64,000 nt of DNA, taken from NCBI GenBank assembly GCA_040876265.1, contig JBBDPN010000002.1, positions 3,954 to 67,953 of the forward strand. The letters are read 5' to 3'. Below the pieces are notes generated by a model. That model saw only the letters and a list, made by a program, of their open reading frames with translations, did not search any database and had not been told where the DNA came from. This DNA is from Candidatus Woykebacteria bacterium. Lineage in GTDB: Bacteria > Patescibacteriota > Microgenomatia > Woykebacterales > RBG-16-39-9b. This document shows positions 1-10,732 of this stretch, piece by piece. Each line of letters begins with the position of its first letter. Position 1 is the first letter of the stretch. The translations under genes were made by a program, and so were the position numbers.

Positions 1-1
1 C

Positions 2-910
2 CTTTCAGGCGAATCAACACAAATAGATACTCCCTCCGGTCTCTCTTCCACAGCCGATGTTGAGAAAAGTACTTCAGTTTACGACCCGAAAATAATTGGT
101 GTAGTATCCACCAATCCTTCTGGCGAAGTGCTAGGCGAAGCTGCCAAAGACTTTCTTAACAATCCGAAACCAATTGCGATCATTGGACGGGTGCCGGTGA
201 AAGTTTCTGCTGAGAATGGAGATATTGCTCCAGGAGATCCGCTGACCTCCTCCAGCACGCCTGGAGTAGCCATGAAGGCTACGCAGAGCGGCCCTATTGT
301 AGGTAAGGCGTTGGAATCCTTCGACGGGGCTCAGGACGACATAGGTCGGATAATGGTGTTTGTGAGTGTGGGATGGTTCGTAGCTCCTCTGGATTCTGGA
401 TCTGGTATGGAGGATCTAGGCAGTATGAGCAGCCTGCATATCGAGGGCCTAACATCCAACACCATCAATACTCAACTACTGTTCGTCGGTGATAGGCAGC
501 TATCCATGGGCCCAGCCGGCGAGCTGGTGGTGGACGGCGACGTGAACGTGCTGGGCGACGTCACTATCGAAGGTGATTTAAACATAGATGGAGCTGTGCT
601 TGCTAAGTCATTAAGAACTAAAAGTATAGAGATTGATATACCCGCACCGGATCCAACAACTGGCAAATCCGCCGCAACTATTGGTGACGCTACGATTGTC
701 GCTGGACAGACTGAAATAGTAGTCAAGACCACCGCTGTGAAACCTGATAGCAAGATTTTCGTCACTGCCACCAGTACAACTAGCGGCCAGATCCCCTACG
801 TAGTTGAAAAACTAGCCGGTGAAAGCTTCAAGGTGAGGATCGACTCCCCAATCGGAACAGCTATTAAGTTCGATTGGTGGATAATCCAAGTGGCTAGTAG
901 TGGCAACTGA
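2..910 (+). CDS. C-terminal part of a large tail-fibre-like surface protein with a peptidase-G2/IMC-like autochaperone region (5' end outside window)
   Basis: Frame is open from nt 2. Motif IGVVSTNP...GRVPVKVSAENGDIAPGDPLTSSSTPGVAMKA and C-terminal FDWWII are paralogous to the C-terminus of 11183..14119. Confidence 0.75.
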   Translation, partial: LSGESTQIDTPSGLSSTADVEKSTSVYDPKIIGVVSTNPSGEVLGEAAKDFLNNPKPIAIIGRVPVKVSAENGDIAPGDPLTSSSTPGVAMKATQSGPIVGKALESFDGAQDDIGRIMVFVSVGWFVAPLDSGSGMEDLGSMSSLHIEGLTSNTINTQLLFVGDRQLSMGPAGELVVDGDVNVLGDVTIEGDLNIDGAVLAKSLRTKSIEIDIPAPDPTTGKSAATIGDATIVAGQTEIVVKTTAVKPDSKIFVTATSTTSGQIPYVVEKLAGESFKVRIDSPIGTAIKFDWWIIQVASSGN

Positions 911-934
911 CGTATCGTCAACTAAAGAGTTTTT

Positions 935-1088
935 CTTTAAAATGAGGTCGTTATGGAAAAAATGCTACAGCACCTTTGTACCTACTTTGGGACTAGCTGA
1001 TTATGGAGATGGTATTGAGGAGGCGGTTAAAAGAGAAATACCAGTTGATGATCCCAGCAAAGAACTGGTAACTGAGCTCCAAGTTTAA
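935..1088 (+). pseudogene. HicB-like antitoxin remnant
   Basis: CYSTFVPTLGLADYGDGIEEAVK...IPVDD resembles HicB. The helix after EEA and a clean N-terminus are missing. Confidence 0.55.
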
Positions 1089-1096
1089 TTTTCTTG

Positions 1097-1261
1097 ATGT
1101 CCAAGCCCCCAGTAGTTAGACCGAATGAACTCTTGCGTGCTGCCTCCATCTCCGTCCATCCAAAACCAACCCCACCTGGAACTCTTCGTGCAATTCTCAA
1201 ACAAACCGAGATTTCTGCCGAAAAGCTCAAAAAGCTTCTACCGGAGTCGTCAAGCCCATGA
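1097..1261 (+). pseudogene. HicA-like toxin remnant (54 aa, internal deletion)
   Basis: Own translation MSKPPVVRPNELLRAA|SISVHPKPTPPGTLRAILKQTEISAEKLKKLL matches both HicA ends but lacks the central GF...GSH segment. Confidence 0.6.
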
Positions 1262-1283
1262 CAAGGCCTGGCCCTGTCAAGGG
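1259..1283. repeat. REP-like palindrome TGACAAGGCCTGGCCCTGTCAAGGG (copy 1)
   Basis: Identical 25-mer at 1996..2020, inverted copy at 2028..2047, degenerate copy at 5570..5591. Confidence 0.85.
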
Positions 1284-1291
1284 TTGATAGG

Positions 1292-1981
1292 TCAGTCTTT
1301 TTCGATAAGTAGGTGTCCGAGTATTTCCTCGGGCTCCACGTCGTAGGTTTCTACAAAATCTTTATAATTGGAATATTTATTTAGATTTAAGTTACCAAGT
1401 TTGGCAGGTTCAAAAAGTGACAAGATGGGCTGTGTATTTATCCAACTAGCTTTCCTCTCCCCTATATAAATAGGGTAGCTGGAGTAAGGGTACTCTGCCA
1501 GAAAGCCTTTGGTCAAACTAGGATTTTGGTGTATATAGCGCGATAGATGCAGTAGGTAATTGTCGTTGTCAACGAGCGTGGCCCTATACGGCCCTTGGAA
1601 TAAATGACCGACCCGATTATAGCGCCTATTAAAATACATAGAGTAAGTTGTCGATAACCGCAGTAGTAACTTTTTCATTCCTTCTTTCCCCTTTTGTCGA
1701 ACCATTAAGTGAAAATGATTAGGCATCAGGCAGTAACAGAACAGATCGATTTCTCCGCTTAGTGTGGATATAGGTCTGACACGATTGGGGACAAATCCAG
1801 TGAGATCTGTCAGTGGGTGCTTTTCTGGATTGGCGTTTGGCTCCAGATAAAACTTTAACAGGTGTAGAAACACTCGATAATCTTGATCGTCTAGAAAGAT
1901 CCTTCTCTTTTCTACCCCCCGATTATAAACATGATAATGACCATTTTCTACGTATTGCTTGATCCTATTCTTTGCGGGCAT
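1292..1981 (-). CDS. REP-associated tyrosine transposase (RAYT / Y1_Tnp HUH family)
   Basis: Motifs YHVYNRGVEK, YCLMPNHFHL (HUH), LSRYIHQNP and YPYSSY. Start set at MPAKNR. Confidence 0.85.
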   Translation of the reverse strand: MPAKNRIKQYVENGHYHVYNRGVEKRRIFLDDQDYRVFLHLLKFYLEPNANPEKHPLTDLTGFVPNRVRPISTLSGEIDLFCYCLMPNHFHLMVRQKGKEGMKKLLLRLSTTYSMYFNRRYNRVGHLFQGPYRATLVDNDNYLLHLSRYIHQNPSLTKGFLAEYPYSSYPIYIGERKASWINTQPILSLFEPAKLGNLNLNKYSNYKDFVETYDVEPEEILGHLLIEKD

Positions 1982-1995
1982 AATCCCATTATCTT

Positions 1996-2047
1996 TGACA
2001 AGGCCTGGCCCTGTCAAGGGCCTTGGATGACAGGGCCAGGCCTTGTC
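1996..2047. repeat. Inverted REP doublet upstream of RAYT1
   Basis: 1996..2020 is followed by the reverse complement of its core at 2028..2047. Confidence 0.85.
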
Positions 2048-2116
2048 CATTGGGGGGTTGACAGGGTATATTTTGGAGGGTTAGTGTTTAATTGTAAGGA
2101 TTAATTTGAGCGCATA

Positions 2117-4402
2117 ATGAAGGAAAATATTTCAATACTCTCTTTTAAGACGGTGCAAGTGGGACTTGTAATTCTCGCTTTTTTGATCCCGCTTTTTTTC
2201 CTACCAACCACTAGCGAATTTTACAATTTCAATAAAACCACCTTACTTACCATCGGAGCTTTCTTCCTATTTTTTGTCTGGTCAATAAGGATGGTTGCGG
2301 AACAACGAGTAAAGATGACCCGCACCGCATTAGATATACCTCTACTTATCTTTTTAGGGGTATACATAATTGCAACAGTTTTTTCCGTCGACCCAGTCGT
2401 TTCTTTTTTGGGCTGGCACCCAGTATTTTTTGGCTCGCTCCCTAGTGTAGCCGCACTTGTGATAATTTACTTTTTGGCTACAACTCATCTCGACTCTAGT
2501 TACAGAAAAGTAATTGTTTTAGCGATTTGTACCTCTGCTTCTATATTAGCGGCGCTTCTTATCGCCTATTACTTCGGACACCCGCTGGTAGGTACGGATT
2601 GGGCTCAATTGAGATCTTGGACACCGGCTGGAGATTTAAATAAATTAGTTGCCTTTTTGGGTATAACTATTCCCCTCACATTTTCGCTTTCCTTCTTATT
2701 AAAGGTAGAGGTGGGTAGGTACTTGGCTTTTGCATTGGCAGCTTTGCAGATCATCGCTTTCGCGTTGATTAACAGCTTGTTCGGCTATGTAATCCTGGCG
2801 ATAGCTGCCCTGGTGATTTTGATCTTCCTACCCAGACTATCTCTTTCTGTTGAAGAGAAGGTGATTTTTGGCGCCCTCGGTGCACTACTGGCAGCTATCA
2901 TTTTGATGGTTAATATCCAAGGTCTTGGCGATTCGATACTCAAACCTTTGATAGCCGGCGAAAACACTTCTGTAAATATAACCAAACCGATAAGGCTGCC
3001 TATCACTTCTTCTTGGCAAACCGGCGCCCGGGCGATTTCAGACCGACCGGTGTTTGGCACTGGACCTTCTACTTTTGGTCTGATATTCCCCACCTACAAA
3101 CCACTCTCTCTCAACAGAGTGAACGAAAATAATCTTTGGAATATCCGCTTTGATGAATCCGGCAGCGGTGTACTGGACATTTTGGCCACCACTGGAGTGG
3201 TTGGGGCTTTGGCATTTATCCTAGTCATAGTAGTGCTGGTTCGCAGCGTGATCAAATTTTCGGCTCGGGGTGAGGCAACCCGCGGCAGAACCGAATTTGT
3301 CTTTCTACAGGGAGCAATGGTGGCAGCCCTGGCAAGCCTCATATTTTTTAATCTATCCATACTAAATAGCCTGGCTCTTATTTTTCTGATCGCTATATTC
3401 TTCTCTACTCTCAGGGACTGGGGCTCGAACTTGGCTAGTGAAGTAAGCGTGGAGCTGATAGCGCTACGTAGTGGCGCGATACGCCAAATCGAAGGTGAAA
3501 GTAAATCGCCCAATTCTCTTGCTTGGGTATTCTTTATCCCCGCTTTGATACTATTTGCCGGTATCATCTTTTACTCCTGGAGTAGCTATCTGGCCGAAAT
3601 AAATTACCAAAAGGCAATTTTAAATTCTCAGGCAAACAAGGGCAGCGAGACTAGGGAGGCCCTGGTGGCCGCGATCAACGCCAACCCATACCGAGACACA
3701 TACCACCGCGCCCTTTTGGTTACCGATCTTGCTTTGGCCAGATCTTTGAACCAACAGGGGCAGCTGAATGAAGAGCAACAAACCACCCTTTTGGCGCTGG
3801 TACGCGAAGCAATAGATCAGGGAAGAATAATCACCGGCTACGAAGGCCGCGGCTTGGGACAGTTCCAAGTCAAGAGAGTCCCAGGGACATCGTCGGTAAA
3901 TGTCGCCAACTGGGAAAGTATCGCGACTGTTTACGCCAACATAGGTGGGGAGCTGCGTTCTGACGCCAGTGCCCACGCGATAAATACCTACACTCAAGCT
4001 ATAAACCTAGACCCCACCAACCCCAGGCTCTACGAGGCTCTGGGTAATGTTTACTTCAATGTCGGTGACGTGGATAACGCGATAAAAAATTATGAGATAG
4101 CCGTGGCCGCAAAAGGCGATTATGCCTCTGGCCACTACAATCTTGCCCAAGCGGTAAGGAGAAAGGGTGACAACCCAGCCAGAGTAGTGAATGAACTCCG
4201 AGCCACACTGCAACTGCTACGGGCAAATGAAACCGCCAATGAAGATCAGATCAAACAAGTTGAGGACGAATTAAAAGAAGCGGAGGCAGAACTAGCCAAG
4301 ACTCAACAGAGCCAACAGCAACAACAGCAAAGGCAAGAGCTGCAGTTGCAACAAGAACAATCTACCTCTAGTGCCTTACCTTCCTCCAACCCCGGCCAAT
4401 AG
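2117..4402 (+). CDS. O-antigen-ligase-like multi-pass membrane protein with C-terminal TPR repeats and poly-Q tail
   Basis: Many TM segments, W..G..AI.DRPVFGTGPSTF (Wzy_C-like), TPR-like AINLDPTNPRLYEALGNVY. Confidence 0.75.
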   Translation: MKENISILSFKTVQVGLVILAFLIPLFFLPTTSEFYNFNKTTLLTIGAFFLFFVWSIRMVAEQRVKMTRTALDIPLLIFLGVYIIATVFSVDPVVSFLGWHPVFFGSLPSVAALVIIYFLATTHLDSSYRKVIVLAICTSASILAALLIAYYFGHPLVGTDWAQLRSWTPAGDLNKLVAFLGITIPLTFSLSFLLKVEVGRYLAFALAALQIIAFALINSLFGYVILAIAALVILIFLPRLSLSVEEKVIFGALGALLAAIILMVNIQGLGDSILKPLIAGENTSVNITKPIRLPITSSWQTGARAISDRPVFGTGPSTFGLIFPTYKPLSLNRVNENNLWNIRFDESGSGVLDILATTGVVGALAFILVIVVLVRSVIKFSARGEATRGRTEFVFLQGAMVAALASLIFFNLSILNSLALIFLIAIFFSTLRDWGSNLASEVSVELIALRSGAIRQIEGESKSPNSLAWVFFIPALILFAGIIFYSWSSYLAEINYQKAILNSQANKGSETREALVAAINANPYRDTYHRALLVTDLALARSLNQQGQLNEEQQTTLLALVREAIDQGRIITGYEGRGLGQFQVKRVPGTSSVNVANWESIATVYANIGGELRSDASAHAINTYTQAINLDPTNPRLYEALGNVYFNVGDVDNAIKNYEIAVAAKGDYASGHYNLAQAVRRKGDNPARVVNELRATLQLLRANETANEDQIKQVEDELKEAEAELAKTQQSQQQQQQRQELQLQQEQSTSSALPSSNPGQ

Positions 4403-4496
4403 TCAGTTTTCAAAATATATTTGAAGTTAAGTTCATTATTTGCTAAAATCCCCTTGCTCTCTTACATCTTATATCTTAAGTCTTAGATCTAAATAG

Positions 4497-4572
4497 GGGC
4501 CTGTGGCGCAATTGGTAGCGCGCCTCCATGGCATGGAGGAGGTTAGGGGTTCAAGTCCCCTCAGGTCCACCA
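4497..4572 (+). tRNA. tRNA-Ala(GGC)
   Basis: Cloverleaf, G3:U70, anticodon loop AT-GGC-AT, encoded CCA. Confidence 0.95.
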
Positions 4573-4573
4573 A

Positions 4574-4649
4574 GGGCCGTTAGCTCAGTGATCAGAGCGC
4601 TGCCTTCGCATGGCAGAGGTCGTGGGTTTAAATCCCACACGGTCCACCA
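4574..4649 (+). tRNA. tRNA-Ala(CGC)
   Basis: Cloverleaf, G3:U70, anticodon loop TT-CGC-AT, encoded CCA. T-loop reads TTTAAAT. Confidence 0.9.
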
Positions 4650-4831
4650 TTCGACGCGCTGCGCTTGCTCTCTTCGAGTCTGAGCCTGAGGTCTCCTCCC
4701 TCAGAGTCGAAGACATGGCAAGCCAGCAAGGAGAATGTCCTGAGCGTAGTCGAAGGACAAATTTCATAAATCTAAGATTTAAATTTTAAGATATCTTAAA
4801 TCTAAAGTCTGAGATCTGACATCTATAATTA

Positions 4832-5554
4832 ATGAAAATAACCAAATACCCACAATCTAATTTCTTAATCGAAGACCAAAAGAAAAGAATTTTAATAGAC
4901 CCAGGTTACCTAACGTTTGAGAACTATCCGGAAGATGATTTTGGAGATCTGGAAGCCGTCCTAATCACTCATCAACACAAGGATCATCTAGACATCGAAC
5001 GGGTTAAGAATCTAGTAGGAAGCGAGATCCCACTATACACTAATAATGACGTTGCTTCTCTATTTGAATCTTCCAATATCGAAATAGCCAAGGTAAAGCA
5101 AGGTGAAGAATTCGAGGTAGCTGGTTTCAAAATTGAGCCAATTAACATTCCTCATTGTAAGCTACTTTACTGCAGGAAAGAAGGAAAAACTTTAGCTGCC
5201 ACCGATATAGTTCCCGGCAAAAAAGTTTGCAAGTCGCATCCGGACTTGGTGCCGGAAGAGATAGCTGGACCACCCAACACTGGTTTTGTGGTGAACAACA
5301 TTTTCTTTCATCCTGGAGATGGGATAGAAATTGATGGGTTAAAAGTTGCCAACGCAGCGATCCCCATTACCGGCCCTACAATCAACTATGATCGAGCTTG
5401 GAAATTCGCGGAATCTCTTGAAGCAAAAAGAGTAATCCCAATGCACTACTCCAACCCTCGCTTCCCTGCCGATCCTAATGAATTTATTAAGCATAAACTA
5501 GCAGGAGTAGAGGTAATAGTATTAAAAGACGGTGCCCCCACCAAAATTTCCTGA
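4832..5554 (+). CDS. Metallo-beta-lactamase-fold hydrolase
   Basis: ITHQHKDH (HxHxDH), FHPGD, IPMHY. Confidence 0.85.
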   Translation: MKITKYPQSNFLIEDQKKRILIDPGYLTFENYPEDDFGDLEAVLITHQHKDHLDIERVKNLVGSEIPLYTNNDVASLFESSNIEIAKVKQGEEFEVAGFKIEPINIPHCKLLYCRKEGKTLAATDIVPGKKVCKSHPDLVPEEIAGPPNTGFVVNNIFFHPGDGIEIDGLKVANAAIPITGPTINYDRAWKFAESLEAKRVIPMHYSNPRFPADPNEFIKHKLAGVEVIVLKDGAPTKIS

Positions 5555-5591
5555 CCCACCAACCCAAGAAAGGGACGGACCCTGTCAAGGG

Positions 5592-6644
<1,053 letters not shown>

Positions 6645-6756
6645 TCATTCAAGTAATTTGGGTACTCTCAAATGCTGCCCGCCCTCCACAGTGTTACGGC
6701 GGACGGGCGACCACTGTCGTGGGCTACAAGTATTATTAAGTGGTAAAATGGAAATA

Positions 6757-7461
6757 ATGTTGAGAACCCTGCCAGCAATTTTAATTATTGGTTTTCTGGC
6801 CCTTATAGCTTACAACTTAGATCTTGCCTCAAAAGCGCTAGCGTTTAGCAGCAGTTCCACCAATTTTAATCTGGAGGCAGAATTTGGGATTTTTGGCGGT
6901 AGTAAATCTTCCGCTAGTTATACTCTAACCGACACTGGCGGAGGCTTTGCAGTTGGTTTTGGCAGCAGTACAAATTACGGTACTGGTAGTGGCTTTCAAT
7001 ACAATTACCAAGTGGCCGAAATACCAGAAATAATTTTCGCTATCTCCACCACCACAGTAAATCTAGGAACATTAAGTACTGCTTCGGTTTCCACCTCTTC
7101 ACACACGATCACTGTCACGGCCAACAGCAGCGGTTACAACGCCACTGTTGTAGAAGATGGCAATCTGCGCAGCGGCGGCAACGACGTAAATGATGTTTCT
7201 GGTGGCACGGTGGATGCTGGCAGTGAGGAATACGGCCTGGCCACTAGTAAATCTGGTCAAAATATCACTCAGGATACCTCTTGCGGCCCAGATCCAGACA
7301 ATGCCAGCGCTATCACTGGTTCACCCCAAACCGTCGCCAGTGCCGCTACCTCGGTGACCGGCGATTCAACAACCCTCTGCTACGCTGCTTCAATTTCCGG
7401 CACCACCCCCACCGGTTCTTACACTCACGTTTTAACTTACATAGCAACAGGTACGTTTTAA
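6757..7461 (+). CDS. Secreted Ser/Thr-rich surface protein (WxL-like C-terminal domain)
   Basis: Signal peptide. Ends GSYTHVLTYIATGTF. Paralogous to the next gene. Confidence 0.65.
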   Translation: MLRTLPAILIIGFLALIAYNLDLASKALAFSSSSTNFNLEAEFGIFGGSKSSASYTLTDTGGGFAVGFGSSTNYGTGSGFQYNYQVAEIPEIIFAISTTTVNLGTLSTASVSTSSHTITVTANSSGYNATVVEDGNLRSGGNDVNDVSGGTVDAGSEEYGLATSKSGQNITQDTSCGPDPDNASAITGSPQTVASAATSVTGDSTTLCYAASISGTTPTGSYTHVLTYIATGTF

Positions 7462-7612
7462 CTTTAGTCCACTTGACCCACACAAACATCCCACCCCCTA
7501 AATCACACCCCCGAGGAGTGATGCTAGGCCTGTGAAGATGTCAACTCCCGGTTGTGGATAGTTTTGCGGTGCTTGACAGCTTGTTTTCCGTTATGTCAAA
7601 ATTAAACAGAGA

Positions 7613-8680
7613 ATGCTACTACGTCTAATCATCTTTATTTCCGTCCTGACCTTGGCCATTTCGCCTATCTATTTCCAACAGCAGGTGCAGGCTGCTCCTC
7701 ACACCACAGTATCGGACACACTGAGCCGTTTGCAAACCTCTACAGCGGCCAACCACACCATTCAGTTTGATCTCGCCTCGGCTTGGAACGCCAGTGAAAC
7801 TGTTGTTATAGATTTTGTGGACGGTGACGGCTTTGATACCAGCGGTTTTGCCAATAGTGAGGCTGAGGACTACGACATCACCTGGGAAGGAAGTGAAAAG
7901 ACGATAGTTGCCAACGGAGGCTGTGCTGCTGACTCCATTGAAATTACTACGGTAAACACCTCCACCGACACTTTCACCTTTACTCTTTGCGCTGGTTCAA
8001 CTGCTTCCGCAGCGAATGACACTATCGTTATTGAAATCGGTACCCACGCTTCTGCCGGTGGCGGTGGTAATGATCAGATCACCAACGCCACCAGTACCGG
8101 TAGCAAGACGGTTACTATCACCGGGCCCACATCTGGAGACAGCGCCACCTTTGCTGTCGCTATGATGAGTAGCGATCAGGTAACTGTTTCAGCTACAGTA
8201 GATCCAACCATCACTTCTTCACTCAGTGCTTCGACTTGTAGTTTGGGCACCCTGGGTAGCGGTGCTATTAATTTCTGCTCCTACACCAACACTGTTTCGA
8301 CCAATGCTAGCAGCGGATATGTGTCCACTATTTTAGAGGATGGCAACCTCTGTTCCCCATCGGTGGCTAGTTGTACCAACGATATAGATGATGCCGATGG
8401 TGATGTGGATCAAGGAACCGAAGAATACGGAGTCAGTAGCAACGATACCACCGGTACTCAAGACATTGTGGATAGCACTGGTTGTGACGACTCTGGTACA
8501 GCTGAAAATGCTAGCGCCATTACGGGTACCGCTCAGGTTTATGCTGACAGCGGTGATGGGGATGCTGGTCCGGTATCTAGTGCGGTAACTACGGTGTGTC
8601 ACTCTGCTTCAATAGCTGGAACTACTCCAGCCGGAAGCTATGAACACACCGTAACCCACATCACTACTGGCACTTTCTGA
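7613..8680 (+). CDS. Secreted surface protein (WxL-like C-terminal domain)
   Basis: Signal peptide (VQA-A). Ends GSYEHTVTHITTGTF. Confidence 0.7.
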   Translation: MLLRLIIFISVLTLAISPIYFQQQVQAAPHTTVSDTLSRLQTSTAANHTIQFDLASAWNASETVVIDFVDGDGFDTSGFANSEAEDYDITWEGSEKTIVANGGCAADSIEITTVNTSTDTFTFTLCAGSTASAANDTIVIEIGTHASAGGGGNDQITNATSTGSKTVTITGPTSGDSATFAVAMMSSDQVTVSATVDPTITSSLSASTCSLGTLGSGAINFCSYTNTVSTNASSGYVSTILEDGNLCSPSVASCTNDIDDADGDVDQGTEEYGVSSNDTTGTQDIVDSTGCDDSGTAENASAITGTAQVYADSGDGDAGPVSSAVTTVCHSASIAGTTPAGSYEHTVTHITTGTF

Positions 8681-8760
8681 TAGTTAGATGTAAGATGTTG
8701 GATCTAGGGTGTAAGATTTTTTTATCTTAAATCCTAAATCTTAGATCTTAAATCCAAACT

Positions 8761-9789
8761 ATGACTGCTCAACTGTCCTACAAAAAAATAATTACCATCA
8801 TCGCTGCTACAGCGTTTCTCCTCTCAACCTTTTTTGCAACCGTCGCGGCCCAGGAAGACACAACCGAGAACGGTACCACTGCCGGCATCGGTATCCAAGT
8901 CTCCGCACCGATCTACAACTTTCAAATTGATCCAGGAGATAGCGGTCAAGAAATAATTAAAGTACGCAACGTGGGTGATAAAGCAGAGACCTTTTACCCG
9001 GAGGTTTTTGATTTTCGTGCCTCCGGCGAAACTGGTACACCGGCCTTTATCCTAGACTCCCAAGCCGAGACTTATACCTACTCACTGGCTGCCTGGATAA
9101 CTATTTCCAAGCAGCCCATTACTCTGAAACCCAACGAGTCCACCGCTCTAAACTTTACTATAAACGTACCCAAAAACGCTGAGCCGGGTGGCCGCTACGC
9201 CGGCGTACTTTTTGGCACAGCGCCTCCGACAGCTGGCGCCAACCAAGTAGCCATTTCCAACAAAGTCGGTTCTCTCGTTCTTGTTCGAGTCTCTGGAGAT
9301 GCCAAAGAAGAAGCTAGTGTCGAAGAATTTTCCACTCCCAAGAATTTTTATCGTGAAGGTCCGGTGGATTTTGTAGCTAGAATTAAAAATACCGGCAATG
9401 TCCACGTGATACCCAAAGGAAATATTGATATTAAAGACACCTTTGGTCGCAAGGTCGCCAGCTTACCGGTAAATGAAAAAAATGGCAACGTGCTACCAGA
9501 AAGCATCCGCCGCTTTGACAAAGACAGCAGCAATCTCATCTGGGAACCGGGCGGGTTCACTGTTGGCCGCTACACCGCTACTTTGGCTCTGACATACGGC
9601 GATCCAGCCAAAAATCTGACCGCCCAGGTCACTTTTTGGGTCGTACCTTGGGTACAGCTACTGATAATTGCTCTGGCAGTAATCATCGTAATACTACTGC
9701 TCATCTTCCTGGTAAAACGCTACAACAAATGGGTTGTGGAGCAGGCTGAAAAGAACCAAACCAAAGAAACTCCTCCTGCCGGCACCTAA
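8761..9789 (+). CDS. DUF916/DUF3324-like (WxL-interacting-like) membrane-anchored protein
   Basis: Signal peptide, VP.NAEPGGRYAGVLF, NTGNVH, C-terminal TM helix with basic tail. Confidence 0.7.
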   Translation: MTAQLSYKKIITIIAATAFLLSTFFATVAAQEDTTENGTTAGIGIQVSAPIYNFQIDPGDSGQEIIKVRNVGDKAETFYPEVFDFRASGETGTPAFILDSQAETYTYSLAAWITISKQPITLKPNESTALNFTINVPKNAEPGGRYAGVLFGTAPPTAGANQVAISNKVGSLVLVRVSGDAKEEASVEEFSTPKNFYREGPVDFVARIKNTGNVHVIPKGNIDIKDTFGRKVASLPVNEKNGNVLPESIRRFDKDSSNLIWEPGGFTVGRYTATLALTYGDPAKNLTAQVTFWVVPWVQLLIIALAVIIVILLLIFLVKRYNKWVVEQAEKNQTKETPPAGT

Positions 9790-9794
9790 AGCCG

Positions 9795-10478
9795 ATGAGC
9801 TATAAAAACTTATTATTGCTGCTGCTAATAGGCCTCCCTATTCTTTTTCCTCCCATCGTCTCAGCTCAAGATGTTGATGTTGGTGCTACGGTGGACAGAG
9901 AACCTCCCACCATCAATATCACCTCCCCTCTGGATGGCTCCACTGTTTCCGAAATTGTAAATGTAACCACGAGTGTGGGCGACGATGCTGGGATTGATAA
10001 AGTAGAGTTTTATGTTGACGGGTTTTTGAAACTGACGGACAGCTCTGCCCCTTACTCTTTTTCTTGGGATAGTGGTACGGTTGGCAACGGCAGCCACATC
10101 ATCCGGGCGCGGGTTTACGATATTGTGGGCAAAACTGCCCAAGATTCCATTACAGTTACTGTTAACAACAGTACAACACCTGCTTCTCCGCCACCTGCGA
10201 TCGAAACTCCGACTGACGATGGCGGAGAAACTCCAGAAGTCCCAGCCACACAACTACGAAGAGTCACGCTGATCCAAGATCCACTTGGTTACCTGGAGCA
10301 AGAAACCGAGAAGGGGCTACTTTTTGGCCTGGACAAAGACGCCCTACTAGGATTTATTGTCGCAATACAACTTGCCATCATCCTACTTCTCCTTTACCTA
10401 CTTAAACACCTCCGTTCTCGACGCAGTAAGGCCAGAGGATCCTCCTCATCAGAGCCAAACTCTTCACTCAACAAATAG
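9795..10478 (+). CDS. Ig-like (Big_7-type) domain membrane protein
   Basis: PTINITSP.DG...KVEFYVDG...PYSFSWD...NGSHII.ARVYD. C-terminal TM. Confidence 0.75.
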   Translation: MSYKNLLLLLLIGLPILFPPIVSAQDVDVGATVDREPPTINITSPLDGSTVSEIVNVTTSVGDDAGIDKVEFYVDGFLKLTDSSAPYSFSWDSGTVGNGSHIIRARVYDIVGKTAQDSITVTVNNSTTPASPPPAIETPTDDGGETPEVPATQLRRVTLIQDPLGYLEQETEKGLLFGLDKDALLGFIVAIQLAIILLLLYLLKHLRSRRSKARGSSSSEPNSSLNK

Positions 10479-10507
10479 TGAAATCGCAACTCAACCTTTT
10501 CTCTTAG

Positions 10508-10710
10508 CCGCCTTACGAGCAGCACCTCAACTTACCGGCCTTGGAATAGTCAGCGTCAAAAATTGAGGTTTTCGAGCCGACTTAAAAAGGAATTTTTCAC
10601 GTCCGATCCGCCAACTGGCGGAGAGTTTGAAAAATTAGGTGAGAAAACCGATATTTTAGCTGGAGGTTCCCGGCCGGCAGTTTTGGCTCCACCTTTGCTG
10701 TCAAAGGTGG
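10508..10710. repeat. MITE-like repeat family A, copy 1
   Basis: Begins CCGCCTTACGAGCA and ends in hairpin CCACCTTTGCTGTCAAAGGTGG, like 43071..43242. 3' hairpin is also in 46095..46265. Confidence 0.65.
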
Positions 10711-10732
10711 AAAAAGAAATCTTTCCACGAAT

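Noticed and set aside
1981-2050. N-terminal extension MDKAWPCH... of RAYT1
   Set aside because: It is a translation of the REP doublet; the real start is probably at 1981.
4300-4362. Poly-Q tract as a variable repeat
   Set aside because: Mixed CAA/CAG codons in a low-complexity tail, with no evidence of slippage.
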